Shown here in pieces: positions 13,986-26,149 of a DNA stretch of 64,000 nucleotides. A program made the position numbers and the translations under genes. Numbering within the stretch: position 1 is the first letter of the stretch; every line of letters begins with the position of its first letter. This DNA comes from Octopus vulgaris (Eukaryota): contig OX597831.1 of the NCBI GenBank assembly GCA_951406725.2, positions 6,882,001-6,946,000 on the forward strand, given 5' to 3'. Under the pieces are notes generated by a model. It was not told the origin of the DNA. It saw only the letters and a program-made list of their open reading frames with translations, and ran no database searches.

Positions 13986-15596
13986 TTTTTAGAATTATTT
14001 CAGTTGTTTTGGTAAGGAGCTGGTTTCTAACAACGAAATAAAACAATGCTCACTGAAATATGGATTATAAAAGAAATTAGTGTTACTTGTTGAACTTTAG
14101 AAAAGTTTTGCATACTTATACATTTCCACTTATAGATTGTGTTTGAGAGCTGGTCATTTATTTTGCCTGAGAGCTCTATCTTCCCAAGGTTGCCACTGGG
14201 ACTTTTATTAATTTATGAACATAAATTTATAAGATGGGTAGAGAAGCAGTTGTCCGTAAATGTCCTACTGTGTGCATGTGTATATGTATGTACATATATA
14301 CATACATATGTGTGTGTGTGTATATGCTTCTATGCGTGCATGCAAGCATATCTGTATTTCTGTATATGTGTATGTAGGTAATATGATCCCTTGTGAGTGC
14401 CATATGTAGCACATGACCCAGTCCAACCTGTTACATGGGTGGGTCATCAGCAATAAAACTTGATGGATCCCCCTCAGCCTGTTTGGTGCAGTGAAGGGGG
14501 CGGGGAGGGACTTCTGGACATTCTATGCAATGGAAAACAAAACTTGCTGATCAACTCCAGACAGTCAACCACTAATGTGCATACATACATACATACATAC
14601 ATACATACATACATACACATATACATGCATACATACATACATACACATATATATATACTCATATCCATCCATCCATCCATTCATACATACATACATACAT
14701 ACATACATACATACATACATACATACGTACGTAGGTACATACATACACACATACATACATACATACTCACATCCATCTATCTATCCATCTCCACCTATCC
14801 ATCCATCCATCCATACATACATACACATATATATACTCACATCCATCCATCCATCCACACATACATATATACATGCATGTATATATACATGCATGCATAC
14901 ACACATATACATACACTCAAAATATAGTATATATATCATGGACGTAGCTACTGGTGTGGAAGGAGAGAAAGTCTTAATCCTGTCATACTGGTGTACGCCA
15001 TTGCAACAAAGCCGTTGACAAGAAGGGGCCACATCTTCAAAGAAAGAGGAAAGGGAATGTAAGAGGGGATCATATTTGATTTGGGGGTTGGCAATTGGCA
15101 TGTATCCTCCTGCTCCTCCTCTTCCTCCTTGTTTTAGCATCAACTTTTCCATGTTTGCAGGAGTCAGATGAAATTTTTTGAAGCAGGTTTTCTTCAACTG
15201 GATGCCCTTCCTGTCACCAACATTCACCTGTTTCCAGACAGTTTTTTCACAAAAACATACAACATCGCTTGTATGACAATGATGCTCATTTACAAACATC
15301 AGATGAAGGGAACAAGTAAACACAAACACATACACACACACACACTCACACACACACACACACATGTGTGCGTATGTGTTATTACAACTAAAGATCAGAT
15401 TGACCTTTCTCTCGACATGTAAATTAACTCGAAAATTTAATTCTTCATTTCTGGAAATTATTTCTAATTCTGTCTGTGAGTCACAAACAATTACCACAAG
15501 GTTTTGACTTTATTTTTTTAACTTTGAGGAAATTTTCAATAAATTAAGAATTCGTTGTATACAGCATTCAGTACATCACCGTTTGACTTATACATA

Positions 15597-16939
15597 CGAA
15601 GGAGTACCCCAAAATAACCAGAAACATTCTCTGTGGGACAAGCCCATTGTAGTTCAGGCTTCTGACATTAGAAACCACTTGATGCAACCCTCAGGCATCA
15701 ATCTACCAACTGACATCATCCGGTGCTATCATACTGCCATGTGGTGTATCTTCGTTTTGCAGTGCTTCTTGCCTGTTGATTTTGTGAGGGCTGAAACGAA
15801 GGGGCAGTGTGCTTCTGTGAAATTGCTTTCTGCTGGAGAAAACAGCAGCTGAAACAGTTCTCAGGCTTCAAGCAGCTTACATGGAGGCTGCTACGAACAA
15901 AACACAAGTTTACAAGTAGTTTTCACACTTTAGGAATGGTCACTTGTCACTTGAAGATCAACCTTGTTCAGGGCAACCGTTGACCTGACAAATGAGTGAA
16001 AACACCAGGAAAATTCATGAACTGATCTTCGAGGACTGTCACTGAACAATTGATGAACTTGTTGATTTGATTGATGCATCCTGGAACTCCGCATCCTGGA
16101 ACTCCGCATCCTGGAGCTCTGCATCCTGGAGTTCCTCCCAATGAAGTGTGAGCGAGGAATTACAAATCAGAAGAGTTGCAGCAAAATGTTGTGCCTCACT
16201 TGCTCACAGAAGATCAAAAGCAGTCACAACTGAATGAACTGAAAGAACAGTTGAAAGTTGATTCGGACCTGTTTTTGAAGGTCATCACTGGTGACAAAAG
16301 CTGTTGCTATGGTTACAACCCAGAAACGAAGCAGCAGTCAAGTCAGTGGAAGCATTCAATGTCACCATGCCCTCAAAAGAAGCACGTCAAGTGAAGTACA
16401 ATGACAAGACGATGCTGATTTGTTTCATGAATGTGAAAGGAATTGTCCACTCAGTATTTGTTCTTCCTAATCAAATTGTTAACCAGACGTTTTACTTGGA
16501 AGTTCTGAAGCATTTGTGAGACGAAAACGTCCCAATCTGTGGCAAAAAGTGGAGACAGGTGGTTTCATCATGGCAATGCACCTGCACACACTGCCTTGAG
16601 GGTGAGGCAGTTTCTTACCAAAAAGGGCACAACCCTGTATACCTGCCCTCTCTATTCACCTGATCTTGCTCCCTGTATCTTTTTTTTGTTCCCCTGAATG
16701 GAAAAAGTCCTTAAAGTTAAACGTTTTGCTGATGTGGAAGATGTGAAGAAAAAAAAAACGATGGAGGCGTCAAAAGGCATCACTTTACAAGAGTTCCAGG
16801 ACTTCTTCCAACAGTGGAAAACCAATGCCTTGTGGACCAATGCTTTGCTTCAAATGGAGAATACTTTGAAGGCGATAAAAATATAAACATGTAAAACGAA
16901 GTGAATAGAATATTCCGGTTTCTTTGGGGTACCCCCAAA
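15597..16939 (+). mobile_element. Full-length degenerate mariner (Tc1/mariner) transposon, pseudogenised transposase
   Basis: TA-flanked imperfect TIRs (CGAAGGAGTACCCCAAAATAACCAGAA / TTCCGGTTTCTTTGGGGTACCCCCAAA). Motifs VVPHLLTEDQK (WVPHEL-like), ITGDKSCCYGYNPETKQQSSQW and YSPDLAP are present, with frameshifts and stops. Confidence 0.92.
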
Positions 16940-17034
16940 TATATGCATAATTTTTATAACTTGCATTGTTTTGGCTTTAAAAAATATTTAAAACACACAC
17001 ACACACACACATCAATATAAAGGCATAGCTTGCT

Positions 17035-17210
17035 GCAGGTGTAGCTGTGTGGTAAGAACTTTGCTTCCTAACCACACAGTTCTGGGTTCAGTCCCACTAT
17101 GTTGCACCTTGAATGAGTGTCTTCTGCTATAATCCTGGGCCAAACAAAGCCTTGTGAGTAGATGTGATAGATAGAAACTGGAAGAAGCCTATTGTATATA
17201 TACATATATA

Positions 17211-17241
<31 letters not shown>

Positions 17242-17925
17242 ATATGTATATAAATATATATGTACACCTGGCGGCGAGCTGGCAGAAACATTAGCATGCC
17301 AGGCGAAATGCATAGCAGTATTTCGTATGCCGTTACGTTCTGGGTTCAAATTCCGCTGAGGTCGACTTTGCCTTTCATCTTTTCGGGGTCGATAAATTAA
17401 GTACCAGTTACGCACTGGGGTTAATGTAACCAACTTAATCCGTTTGTCTGTCCTTGTTTGTCCCCTCTATGTTTAGCCCCTTGTGGGTAATAAAGAAACA
17501 TATATACGTACACATGGTTCCTGTTTCAGTCTCACTGCACGACAACTTGGGTGAATGTCTTCTACTACAGCCTCGGGCCAACCAAAGCCTTGAGAGTGGA
17601 TTTTGGTGAGGGAAACTGAAAAAAGCCCGTCATGTGTGTGTGTGTGTCTGTTTGTCCCTCCACCATCACTTGACAACCGATGTTGGTGTGTTTACGTCCC
17701 CGTAATGTAGCAGTTTGGCAAAAGAGACCAATATATGTGTGTGAGTCTTTGTGTTTGTCCCCTTCTTCATTGCTTGACAACTGGGGTTCAGGAAAAGAGA
17801 ACAACAGAATAAGTACTAGAGTTAAAAGAAAAATAATTACTCGAGCTTATTCATCCTACTAAAACCCTTCAAGGTAGTGCCCCAGCATGGCCACCATCCA
17901 AAGACTGAAAAGGTAAAAGAATGAA
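17035..17925 (+). mobile_element. tRNA-derived SINE group C, two nested/partial copies
   Basis: GCTGTGTGGTAAGAA..GGTTCAGTCCC A/B boxes, an ACCTTGGGCAAGTGTCTTCTACTATAGC-type core, and a CCCAGCATGGCC 3' part. Similar to 62281-62680. Confidence 0.75.
17270..17498 (+). mobile_element. tRNA-derived SINE group B (Meta/MESC-like central domain)
   Basis: GGCGGCGAGCTGGCAGAA..GTTCAAATTCC head followed by GACTTTGCCTTTCATC.TTTCGGGGTCGATAAATTAAGTACCAG. Confidence 0.85.
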
Positions 17926-17952
17926 GGAAAATATATATATGTGTGTGTGTGT

Positions 17953-18242
17953 GGAGGCACAATGGCCCAGTGGTTAGGGCAGCGGACTCGTGGTTGTAGG
18001 ATCGCGGTTTCGATTCCCAGACCAGGTGTTGTATTGAGCGAAAACACCAAAAAGCTCCACGAGGCACCACCAGGGGGTGGTGGCGATCCCTGCTGTACTC
18101 TTTCGCCACAACTTTCTCTCATTCTTTCTTCTGTTGGCCTGCTCGCTTAGCCAGCAGGGTGGCGTCACTTGAAGGCTAAAACAATGCAAAGCACATTGTG
18201 ACCAGTGATGTGTAGCAACATCTGATAGCCTGGTCGGTCACG

Positions 18243-18248
<6 letters not shown>
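17953..18248 (+). mobile_element. tRNA-derived SINE group A, tail type 1
   Basis: GGAGGCACAATGGCCCAGTGGTTAGGGCAGCGGACTCG..GGTTTCGATTCCC head, shared central block, unique 3' tail. Confidence 0.85.
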
Positions 18249-18277
<29 letters not shown>

Positions 18278-19059
18278 TCATCATCATTTAATGTCCTCTC
18301 TTCGTGTTGGTATAGGTTGGATGATTTGTCAGGAGCTGGCATGGTCAGAAGGCTGTGCCACCCTCTACAGACACCTTTGGCATGGTTTATACAGCTGAAT
18401 GCTCTTCTTAACATCGTGATTAATATGTTTTATTCTCTGTCATAATGGCTATAATCTTTACTATTCAGCCATTAGTATTTTGTTTAAGCAAATGGTGTCA
18501 GAGCTGAGGTGTTGCCACTGAATGCCTTTCAGCTGCTAATTAAAGAACTGGAATTTGTTTTTAACCAGTCAAGCTGAAAGAAGGTGAGTTGTATGCCTTA
18601 CCCAGGAGTTTAATGTAATACTTATAATCAGCTTTCAAGTCTGGATAATCTAATTTAGAATTGCTTCTTCATAATCTAAATTTGCAAAGACATTTTAAAT
18701 GAACAAAGATTACCAGAACTACGGTCATTTTATATTTATTTTGGAAACTAAATTACAAGAAAAATATCCTCATGTTCAAAGCATTTATAAAACTGCCAAG
18801 AGATTTACTTACATTTTACCTTTCATTTGTTTCATTCATTAGACTGTGGCCATGCTGGGGCACCTCCTTCAGGGGTTTAGTTGAACAAATCAACCCCAGT
18901 ACTTACTTTTTTTTATCTGGTATTTTGTCTACTGTTCTCTTCTGCTGAACCACTAAGTTAAGGGGACACAAGCAAATCAACACTGTTTGTTAAACTGTGA
19001 GCTGGTGGGGGACATATACAAACACAAAAGCACACACACACACACGTACCACCATACGA

Positions 19060-19560
19060 GCATGATCGTTGACAGAGTGGCTACCGGCTTCTGTGCCAGT
19101 GGTACGTAAAAGGCACCATCCGAGTGTGATCGTTACCAGCTTCGCCTTACTGGCACTTGTGCCCCGTGCTAGTAGGGTGCTAAGAGCAACATCTGAATGT
19201 GATCATTGCCAGAGCAGCTAACTGGCTTCCATGCCGGTGGCATATAAGAGGCACCATTCGAGTGGGATCGTTACCAGCATCGCCTTACTGGCACCTGTGC
19301 CGTTGGCATGTGTAAAAAAAAAAAAAAAATTCGAGCAAGGTCGTTGCCTGTACCGTCTGACTGGTCCCCGTGTCAGTGGCACATAAAAGCTCCGACTACA
19401 CTCTGGGAGTGGTTGGCGTTAGGAAGGGCATCCAGCTGTAGAAACTCTGCCAGATCTAGACTGGAGCCTGGTGCAGCCATCTGGTTTGCCAGCCTAGTCA
19501 AACCATCCAACCCATGCTAGCATGGAAAGCAGACGTTAAACGATGATGATGATGATGATA
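19060..19560 (+). mobile_element. RTE 3'-end element with multiple tandem modules
   Basis: Repeated GTGCC..GGCAC-GTAAAA-GCACC modules, AGGAAGGGCATCCAGCTGTAGAAAC, and a (GAT)n tail. Confidence 0.85.
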
Positions 19561-20158
19561 TATATATATATATATTGTTCCTTTGTGACAGGCCCTTTTA
19601 AGCTCAGGGTGCTGAATTATCTTTTCCCCTCAGGCATTGCAACTAGTCCTAATGACACCTCTCCTCTTGTTCCGATCCAGAACATCAATTTCCCAATCCC
19701 TTCTCTTCGCATCCAGTTTCTTCAGGGTTTTCTTTCACACAGTCTTTATACCTTTTCCTCGGCTTATGTTGTGGTTGCTTACCAGAGTTGAGCTCACCAT
19801 AAAAAAGATGCTTTGACAATCGCTAATCTTCCATTCTAATAACATGTCCAGTTCATCTCATTTGAGCCATGATAACATGTTGTTCAACTGAGCTGCAATG
19901 TGCCATGTGCAAAACTTCTGTATCTGGTATGAAACATTCCCACTTGACTCCCAAGATACATCAGAGGCACTTTTGAAGAAATCTCTCCGGCATTTTGATA
20001 TGATACCTGTAAGTGGTCCATTTTACATCTATGTAGTTTCATGTTTGGTCCCACAACACTTTGGGCAAGTGTCTTTCACTATAGCCCCAGGCTGACCAGT
20101 ATCTTGGAAGTAAATTTGGTAAACAGAAGCTGTATGGAAGCTCAATGTATATATACAC

Positions 20159-20189
<31 letters not shown>

Positions 20190-20301
20190 CGTGCATGTGC
20201 ATGTCTCCCACCTACCATTTGACAATCAGCATTGATTTGTTTCACAAGAGTGCCCCAACATAGCTGCAGTCCAATGCCTGAAGCAAGTAAAAAAAATAGA
20301 A

Positions 20302-20530
20302 GATGGCGAGCTGACAGAACCGTGAGCACGCCGGGTGAAATGCGTAGCCGTATTTCTTCTGTCATTACATTCTGGGTTCAAATTCCGCCGAGGTCAACTT
20401 TGCCTTTCATCCTTTCGGGATCGACAAATTAAGTACCAGTTATGCACTGGGGGTCGATGTAATCGGCTTAATCCGTTTGTCTGTCCTTGTTTGTCCCCTC
20501 TATGTTTAGCCCCTTGTGGGTAATAAAGAA
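20302..20530 (+). mobile_element. SINE group B
   Basis: Near-identical to 17270-17498. Confidence 0.85.
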
Positions 20531-21909
20531 ACAGATATATTTCAGCAATCTATGAAGGGATGTCTTAAACGCATTATAGTCCCTTGGACAAAGAATTTGG
20601 GCCTCCACATACACAGTCACAGCATACATAGACAAGCATTTGGTTCATAGGCTTATGGAACCCTTGGACAAACTCCTGGTCATGGCTATGTCATGAGATG
20701 TCACTGACTCTCTGCATAGTAAAACAAGGAATGTTGCATTTACAATTTAGTTTTGCAAACTAAACTAAGAATTAGCAAAACTATTTCATTACCATTAGTT
20801 TTCTGATCTTTCACAAGATAAATTTTTTACTGGATAACCTTTTCTCATAAACAAAATAACAGATCATATGCTTTTGGTGTGTACAATGAGACAATGGAGT
20901 CTACAGTTTTATATATCATAGGTCATGAGAGTGGTCCATTCACCATAAGAGTTATGTACTGAAGAAGATGGCGTCTTGCTGAATATTACAGTCCCCATGG
21001 TATTGTTTGATGTTGCTGGAATGAAATATCACTAGCCAGCACTGGTGACTGGTACAATGAGTGGAAGTTGCAGAAAAATAGATGCAATTCTAAATTGGAT
21101 ATTTTATAATGCTCATCTAAGTTTGAATCCTTAATAGAGTTAGTTGTTTTCTTTCTGTTTTTTGAGTAATGTTTTGGAGTAAGTGATAAAAATTAAGTGG
21201 GGAGAAAAGTTATGTCAGCCTCTACTAAGAACAGACTACACAACTGAATACCCTGTATGATATAATTTCACAATATCTAATACCATACAGGACTGGGTAC
21301 TGCAACAAGAGCAGTACTTTAGTATTGCTTTGCCTTATGTATTGTAAACAAAAATTCGCTTCTTTCTGACATTTTAGTCTTTATTATTCCTCCAATGTAA
21401 ACCAAACAGGGTTTAAATGATGAAGCAGATAAGTTAAAGAAATGTCTCAAAGAAGCAAACAAGCAATATGAAATTGTTTTCATTTCTTTCAATTAATAGG
21501 TAAACGAGAAATGCTTCATTGCACACCCAACAAATTTAAAGTCATGCAATGCTTCACTGCAGCTCAGGAATGTTGACTGTGTATGTGATATGGTCTTGAA
21601 AAAATTTTGTCACACGACTTGTCTCTAAGCTTATTCAGATGTTTCGAGAGAGATTTTTTCCACTAATTTTTTGCATTTCATGTATGGATATCTTCTATAT
21701 AAAACAGCTTCTTCCAAACAATTTGTTTACTCCTTCAAAAGTGTCTCAATGCCTGCAGTTTGAACTTCCATCTTTTACAACTAATTAAAATGTAGATTTG
21801 GAATTACTTTGAATATTTTATTGTGAGTTAGAGAAAGAAAAATTTGGTTAACAAAAATCACATTTACTCTTATAGTTTTTTTTTTAGTTGTTTTGTTATT
21901 TGAGATCAT

Positions 21910-21912
<3 letters not shown>

Positions 21913-22000
<88 letters not shown>
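21913..22000. repeat. Perfect (CA)n microsatellite
   Basis: 88 bp of uninterrupted CA. Confidence 0.97.
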
Positions 22001-22002
<2 letters not shown>

Positions 22003-22153
22003 TGGATGAACTACTAGGAACATACAAATATAATTAACCACAGCAGAATCCATCATTAGTTGATATTCAATAACATAAATGATGCCTTTAAACATATCAA
22101 TTCATCTTTATAGAATGCTGCCTAAGATATTCGACTACTGTCTCATGGTTCAA

Positions 22154-22540
22154 TTGTTGTTGCTGTTGCTGTTGAGCGAATGGTCTTCGTCCCAGAGCTC
22201 GCATGATGGGAGAAGTTCGAATTGTGGTCCTTTGCTATTCATAAGACCCGCAGAAGAGAAAGCAGGTCAAGCTCCAACACCGAGAGCATCGACGGATGGA
22301 TGAATGCGCATCCAGGCTCAGCGGTTGCGTAGGAAGTCGGGGACAAGAAACAAGAAGAAAGAGTGAGAGAAAGTTGGAGCGAAAGAGTACAACTGGGGTC
22401 GCCCCCCCCCCCCTGCCAGAGCCTCGTAGAGCTTTAGGTGTTTTCGCTCAATAAACACACACAACGCCTCGTCTGGGAATCGAAACTGCAATCCTCCGAC
22501 CACGAGTCCGCTGCCCTAACCATTGGGCCATTGTGCCTCC
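22154..22540 (-). mobile_element. SINE group A, tail type 2
   Basis: Same head on the minus strand; tail ..GGATGCGCATTCATCCATCCGTCGATGCTCTCGG..TTCGCTCAACAGCAACAGCAAC. Confidence 0.88.
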
Positions 22541-24739
22541 ACTGTTGTTGCTGTTGTTGTTGCCGCCATTGCTTAGCTCCGAGTCAACCTCAATTGAGCA
22601 GACCTATGATGAAAGGCATTCCAGTCATGACAATCCCATCTTTCATTTCAGACAGAGTGCATTGTATATCCATGTACTTATTATTCAGTGTCTTTGGTTT
22701 TATTTTTTTCTTTTATATAAGATGATTGAAATCTATGTCTTGGGAGGTACTGGTTGCAATTTCTAGCTGGTCAACTAACCACATAGAACTTTCTTAATGA
22801 CTTGCTGCTTCGTTAATTCATAACAACCAGAAACACTTGGCTCTCAGTCTTCATCTTCTTCGTGATTTTTAAGCCAAGATGAAGAAGCTTTATTTTAATC
22901 CATCAGTGACAAAATTATTCGCTCTGAACCTAATTTGTATTCTTGGGATCATGTCTTAATCATGGAAACTGGTAAAATCTGGAAACTACAAAATTTAGGT
23001 TGTAAGGAGGATGTGAGAAAATATGAATTTGTTTCTATGTACAGCTCTTGGGTTTTAAAAGTACTTAGTGTATGTCAGGAATATTTAGCAATCAGGTCAC
23101 TATATCCAATGATTGGTCAGATCATCGAAAAGATCTGACCAATCAAGACTTTGCCTGGAAATGGACCCGACAACAATTTCATCTTTTGGTGCGTTTCTTT
23201 CCAAGCTAAACCCTCACTATATATTCAGCGCACCTACAAAAAGATGGCAGACAGACAATGAAGAGAGAACAGACAGGAGCTGATCCAAGCTGACAACACA
23301 GAAGCAATGGACAAGAGACATTGCAAGACAGTAGCATGACCAGCAGCTAACACAATGACTGAACGGTGACAGCAATACAAGGAGCAGCTACAATCATTTT
23401 CTCGCAAACTCTATTGATGTTTTGTTGTTCATAGTTGTAGTGTGATGGAGGAAAAGGACAACAGAAAAAGAAGCAACGTGAGAAAGAAATACAAAAGGCC
23501 TTACCTCGGCGAAATCAGCGGTCACTCTCACGAATTCCACATGTCTTCTCGCTCTGCGCTCTTTGCTGGAACTGACCACATGTGCTTGCTGACCACACGT
23601 GCTCCCTGCCCACGCATGCCCCTTTCACTCTTCTGCCAGCTCCTGCAAGCCTTACTTCTGCCCACCTCATCTGTCATCCTCTCCACCAACACCACATAGC
23701 TCATCACAGCCCATAACACTACTAACACCACAATAGTGATGGCAAAAATTTTCTTTGTTTAAATAGATATTTTGCTGATCAAAAATCTCAACAAATATCC
23801 GTATTCTTCTTTGTGACAAGTATAATCCAGCTGAAAAGTCTTATGACGGTTACTTGTGACAGGACCCTGTGGAGGAGGTGCCTGAGGACCCTACCCCCTT
23901 ACCCTTCCCAGGAATTGTGGGTGGAGAAGATGGATGGGTGGGTGGATGGATATATGAAAATTTGCACATGATACAGTGACAAAATATTCCTTTTATGCAC
24001 CAAACATTGACACATACATTTCTAGAATTGAAATAAGACAACAAATTTTGGAGTTGGGTTAACTTGATTTAAGCAATATTGGTACTTGACTGGTACTTGA
24101 GAGGGAAAAGGCAAAGTTAGTTCTGGCAAGATTTGAACTCAGAACATAAAATGATGTAACGAAACACCACAATGCATTTTATCCAATGCCGTGCTGAGTA
24201 AGGCCATCCACAATTCTATCATGAACTTAAATAATAAACTCTCAGCAAATGTCCTTGGTACATTGGTGATTGTTCTCAACATTCACTGTCACAATACAAG
24301 ATTTAGCAATGGCGACATACTTTTTTTTGCTTCTTCACACAAACAAAATAAAAATAAAATTTAACTCAGGAGGAGAATTTTCCCTTAAAATGTGGTCTAT
24401 TCAAAGTTGGCAATTTTTCAGTAAATACTTCCTTAATAATAATCTTTCTCCTCTAAATTGTGTAAAACTCAAATTGATGCCCGAGAAATATTATCAAAAT
24501 TCACGTGTTATCTGAATAATGCACTTATTCTGGACTCTAGCTCTTCCATAAAACAATATATTCTTTGTCTAATGGATTGGATTTTTAGAAGATTATTCGA
24601 TGCACATAAACGAAAATAAATAAATAGATTATAATTCTTACAAATAATATTTCTGAAGATGTTTTTGAATAGTTTTGTTGGTTTACTTCTGAGCTTCTAT
24701 TTTACAATGCATTTTTAAATACTAATGATTCCATTTTGT

Positions 24740-25024
24740 GGAGGCACATGGCCTAGTGGTTAGAGCAGCAGATTCGCGGTCAAGGGATCGTGGGTTCGAA
24801 TCTCAGACCGGGCGATGTGTGTGTTTATGAGCGAAACACCTAAGCTCCACACGGCTCCGGCAGAAGGTAATGGCGATACTTCTGCTGATTCTTTCACCAC
24901 AACTTTCTCTCACTCTTTCATCTTGCAGCTCACCTGCGACGGACCAGCGTCCCATCCAGGTGGGGAACCTATATGCCAAGGAAACCGGCCCTTATGAGCC
25001 AGGCGTGGCTCAAGAAGGAACAAA
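24740..25024 (+). mobile_element. SINE group A variant, tail type 4, with 16-bp TSD
   Basis: TSD AATGATTCCATTTTGT at 24724-24739 and 25025-25040; tRNA-like head TGGCCTAGTGGTTAGAGC..GGGTTCGAATCTC. Confidence 0.92.
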
Positions 25025-25549
25025 AATGATTCCATTTTGTATAGTCATAAAGTAGTATAGCTTATTGCTTTAACCCCTGCATATTACTGGTACTGTTTTT
25101 GTTTTATGAACCAACAAATAGGTGAAGAAACTCACTCAAGAGGAAGTGAAATCCTAATGGTGGTGTAAGAAGTTTTGATGGTCTGGCTCCTTAAAACTTG
25201 ACTGGAAAATACTGTCAGCTCTCTAAACTTCCTTCAGCACTCTCGAATCAAATGTTCTCATTACAAAAGGATCCACAATTATCTCATTAACTGATATGTT
25301 CCGCATTTTGACGACGTAACTTTGTTGTCTGCGTGACTGGCTCAAACAGTGTATCTTGCCGACTGACACTACTTACTGAGTCTGTCCCCTATTTATTAGT
25401 AGTGGACCAGCCCGCTTCTCCCCTTGGGTCATCTGCCATAACATTAGTTAAGGTGCAAACTTGGACACTCAGCCAAAGTTTCCTTCAAAATAAGTAAAAC
25501 ATACAAAGACTCATTAATTTAAATGTCCTTAACTTCTGTCGAGTGTGAA

Positions 25550-26110
25550 TAAATAATTGAAAAAATTTGGAGTCAACAACAAGAAGGAGTACAGTTGGAC
25601 ATTTATTTTCAATCACCACAATTGTTTCTATGCAACGTAGCTCTCCAGGCATGCAGGTACTTGATTATGCAACCATTTCCCTTCATTATGAGATCTAGTT
25701 GTGTTTCCTCAGGCGATATGTAAATATTGTCTCCATAAGTTCAACATCTCCGCTTCAGAGCATCCACTCCATCTGTCATGGCCTGGAGTTAGTAGCAGCC
25801 ACTGAGTTTATCAAAGGAATAGTGTTGCTGAAGGACCATTTGGCAAACTGCTTTGAGTGTGTAGATGTAGTGGGATGGTGATTCAGAAACTCAGTGATTC
25901 ATAAACTACTAACTCCAGGCCACAACAGACAAAGAAGATGCTTTTGAAGCCGAAAATTTGAACTTATGGAGACAATACTCATATATTGCCTGCAGAAACA
26001 CAACTAGATCTCATAATGTAGGGAAACAGTTGCATAATCAAATACCTGCATGCCTGGAGAATTGCATTGTGTACAAACAATTGTAGTGATTGAATTTTTT
26101 CAGTTATATA
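25550..26110. mobile_element. Long-TIR foldback element (non-autonomous DNA transposon-like)
   Basis: Imperfect inverted arms of about 200 bp at 25608-25810 and 25886-26094 (e.g. CTCCAGGCATGCAGGTA/TACCTGCATGCCTGGAG; CATTATGAGATCTAGTTGTGTTTC/GAAACACAACTAGATCTCATAATG). Confidence 0.85.
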
Positions 26111-26149
26111 TATATATAATTTTTTTCAATTATATGTATATATATAGGT

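Noticed and set aside
24740-24812. tRNA-like sequence
   Set aside because: It is the head of a SINE with a TSD, lacking a proper acceptor stem; not a tRNA gene.
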